64,000 bases of DNA, taken from positions 2,048,001 to 2,112,000 of the forward strand of contig CBDCMT010000001.1 in NCBI GenBank assembly GCA_965219095.1, given 5' to 3'. The translations under genes and the position numbers were made by a program. Shown in pieces: positions 62,135-64,000 of this stretch; positions within the stretch are counted from its first letter, which is position 1; each line of letters begins with the position of its first letter. The DNA comes from Bdellovibrionales bacterium. GTDB taxonomy: Bacteria > Bdellovibrionota > Bdellovibrionia > Bdellovibrionales > UBA1609. The notes under the pieces were generated by a model. The model was not told the origin of the DNA. It did not search any database and saw nothing but the letters and a program-made list of their open reading frames with translations.

Positions 62135-62371
62135 GTACTGGCTACACTCAGCATTCATACTTTCCTTTATGGTTTAGCTTGTGTATTCGTTCTATCTATT
62201 TAACACGTTAAGGTGAGTCGAAATAGTGAGTTTTTTCAACTCATACCACTTTAGCTTTCAAGATAGAACTTTTTTTCGACTTCAGCGGTTTCTTTTCAAG
62301 AATTTAATGATTTCAAGTGGTTACGCAAAACCGTGATCACTACATTTTAAACGGTGCCTTATAGGATTTTT

Positions 62372-62510
62372 ATATGATTTTAGGGGTTAAAACTGTATAT
62401 TGCCCCAAATGTTGAATGGTTTTTTGGATGACTTTATTCTGCACTCTCTTGTTCTCTACAATCTGAGCTGAAATAGAACCATTCTTTCTTGGAATCTTTT
62501 TTACAAACAT
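62372..62510 (-). pseudogene. IS1634-type transposase N-terminal fragment
   Basis: MFVKKIPRKNGSISAQIVENKRVQNKVIQKTIQHLG. Confidence 0.65.
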
Positions 62511-62649
62511 ATTTAGTCGAACGTGAAAAATTGACAAAGGCCTAGGATTTTTATGCTATATGATCTTTATCCCTGTTACTTTCTACTATAGAGGGTTAAA
62601 TATTTTTTCATAACTTAAAAAAACAGTAGTTTTCAAGAAGGCGTACAGG

Positions 62650-62863
62650 CCTTTTAAGCCATTTCAGTGAAAAAAATGAAAAAAGACGCAACCTCTAGCA
62701 TTAACTTTCTAAAATTTTGAGAAGCTCCTGATAAAAGACTATTAATAGCATCCCCTTGTGATCCTAATAAAAAGTTCCTTCCCATACGAGAATCTATTTT
62801 CATATGACCAATGATTGCCTCAACTGAACTTCTTCTTCTGTGAAGTTTTCTTTTGTATGGACT
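62650..62863 (-). pseudogene. IS5-family transposase C-terminal fragment
   Basis: RRRSSVEAIIGHMKIDSRMGRNFLLGSQGDAIN. Confidence 0.8.
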
Positions 62864-63726
62864 TATACCATTTCCAAAAATTAATTCGACATTTTTTTAA
62901 CGCATTGCGTCCTGGCTTTTTTATCAAACTCTGTTAAATTTTTAGAGTCATGTCGAAAAAAGATTTAGTTACACAGATTCAAGGGTATAATTTTCTAGCT
63001 ACTTACAAAGTAGAAAGAAGTGCCAACATCAAGACAAAATTATTGGCTTTGCAGCATATGCAAGAAGGAAAATCGATTCAAGAAACAGCTAGGTATAGTT
63101 TTCTATCATCATCACAGTATCAAATCTTGGTTACAGTCTTTTTTTGTAGACTTTGATTACGAGGGATTGATAGATCGAGAAGGCAGAGGACGCAAGCCTC
63201 GTTTGCCAGTGACAGAAGAGGAGAACTTTAAAATCAAGTTAGATGAAATTCAAGACAAAAGAGAAGGAGGAAGCATAGGAGCAAAGGGAATACAGGAACT
63301 TTTAGCAGATGAATTGTGATAGTTGCTATTCTCTTTTAGGGTTTATGTTTCTTTAGACCGCCTTAATATTGTATGGATCAGTGGTCGTTCTCTTCATCCT
63401 AAAAGTTCATTAAGAAGCTATGGAACAGTTTAAGGAACATTTTCCAGAAGAGGTGGAGAAAATAAAGGAAAAGATTCAGACTCATAAAATAGAGATTTGG
63501 TGGCAGGATGAATGCAGAATAAGCTCAACAAGGTTCTTTAAGCAGGATTTGGGCAAGAAAAGGCACACGGCCTAGAATGGTGAGACAAAGACAATTTTTA
63601 TCCACTTATATTTTTGGAGCAGTTTGTCCGGATAGAGATAAAGGCTGTGCTTGGATTTTACCGGAATGTAATTCAGGGATGATGCAAATTCACTTAGATG
63701 AGATATCTAAAAATATTCAAGAAAAC
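62864..63726 (+). mobile_element. IS630 lineage 2 pseudogene copy, truncated by an IS66 remnant
   Basis: Near-identical to 41104-42513 with several frameshifts. Confidence 0.9.
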
Positions 63727-63980
63727 GTAACTGCTCACTCTCGTAAGTTTTTATTTAAAGCCATAGAGATGGCTTCTAAAGAAGAATACCCTTTATTTCT
63801 CATTGTTTTAACATAGCTGGTAATACGACAAAAATATTTCGCCATTTCTTCTGTTCTGAAACACCCTGACACTTTCTTTTTCACTTTAGTCATTCTTAGA
63901 TCTCTTTCAGCTCTGTTATTAGTAGGATCTACGTTCTTTCTTTTAGCAAAGCACAGTATTTCTGCTTCATACTTTTTAAA
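63727..63980 (-). mobile_element. IS66-type 3' remnant
   Basis: Reverse complement of about 44160-44414; GTAACTGCTC end. Confidence 0.85.
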
Positions 63981-64000
63981 TCGCAGCCAAAGGTTTTGAG

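Overview
This is an AT-rich bacterial chromosomal window. The gene content (AgmX/PglI-like, DUF4423-like, sigma-54 regulator, pan/coa operon) suggests a Bdellovibrionota-like organism; this is inference only. Roughly a third or more of the window is insertion-sequence DNA. It holds six near-identical ISL3 copies, three IS630 lineages, IS1634, IS66, IS5, IS3 and IS256 elements or remnants, and several MITEs, many of them nested. Intact housekeeping islands include secG, an ArsS-like radical SAM gene, a CysZ-like gene, a cystathionine synthase/lyase pair, uppP, a panG-like/panB/panC/coaBC/coaX operon, PBP1A, uvrA and a sigma-54 activator. The most notable accessory feature is an inverted-duplicated module (about 2840-6662 and 17062-21513). 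It combines a secreted DARPin-like ankyrin gene under a sigma-54-type promoter with a structured leader, a repeat array (first copy only) and a type IV coupling protein remnant. The two copies bracket an ISL3-flanked operon for a 1172-aa unknown protein and a 1063-aa subtilase. The same promoter-leader cassette recurs in front of an unrelated secreted-protein gene at about 39165-39549. No rRNA, tRNA or CRISPR array was found.
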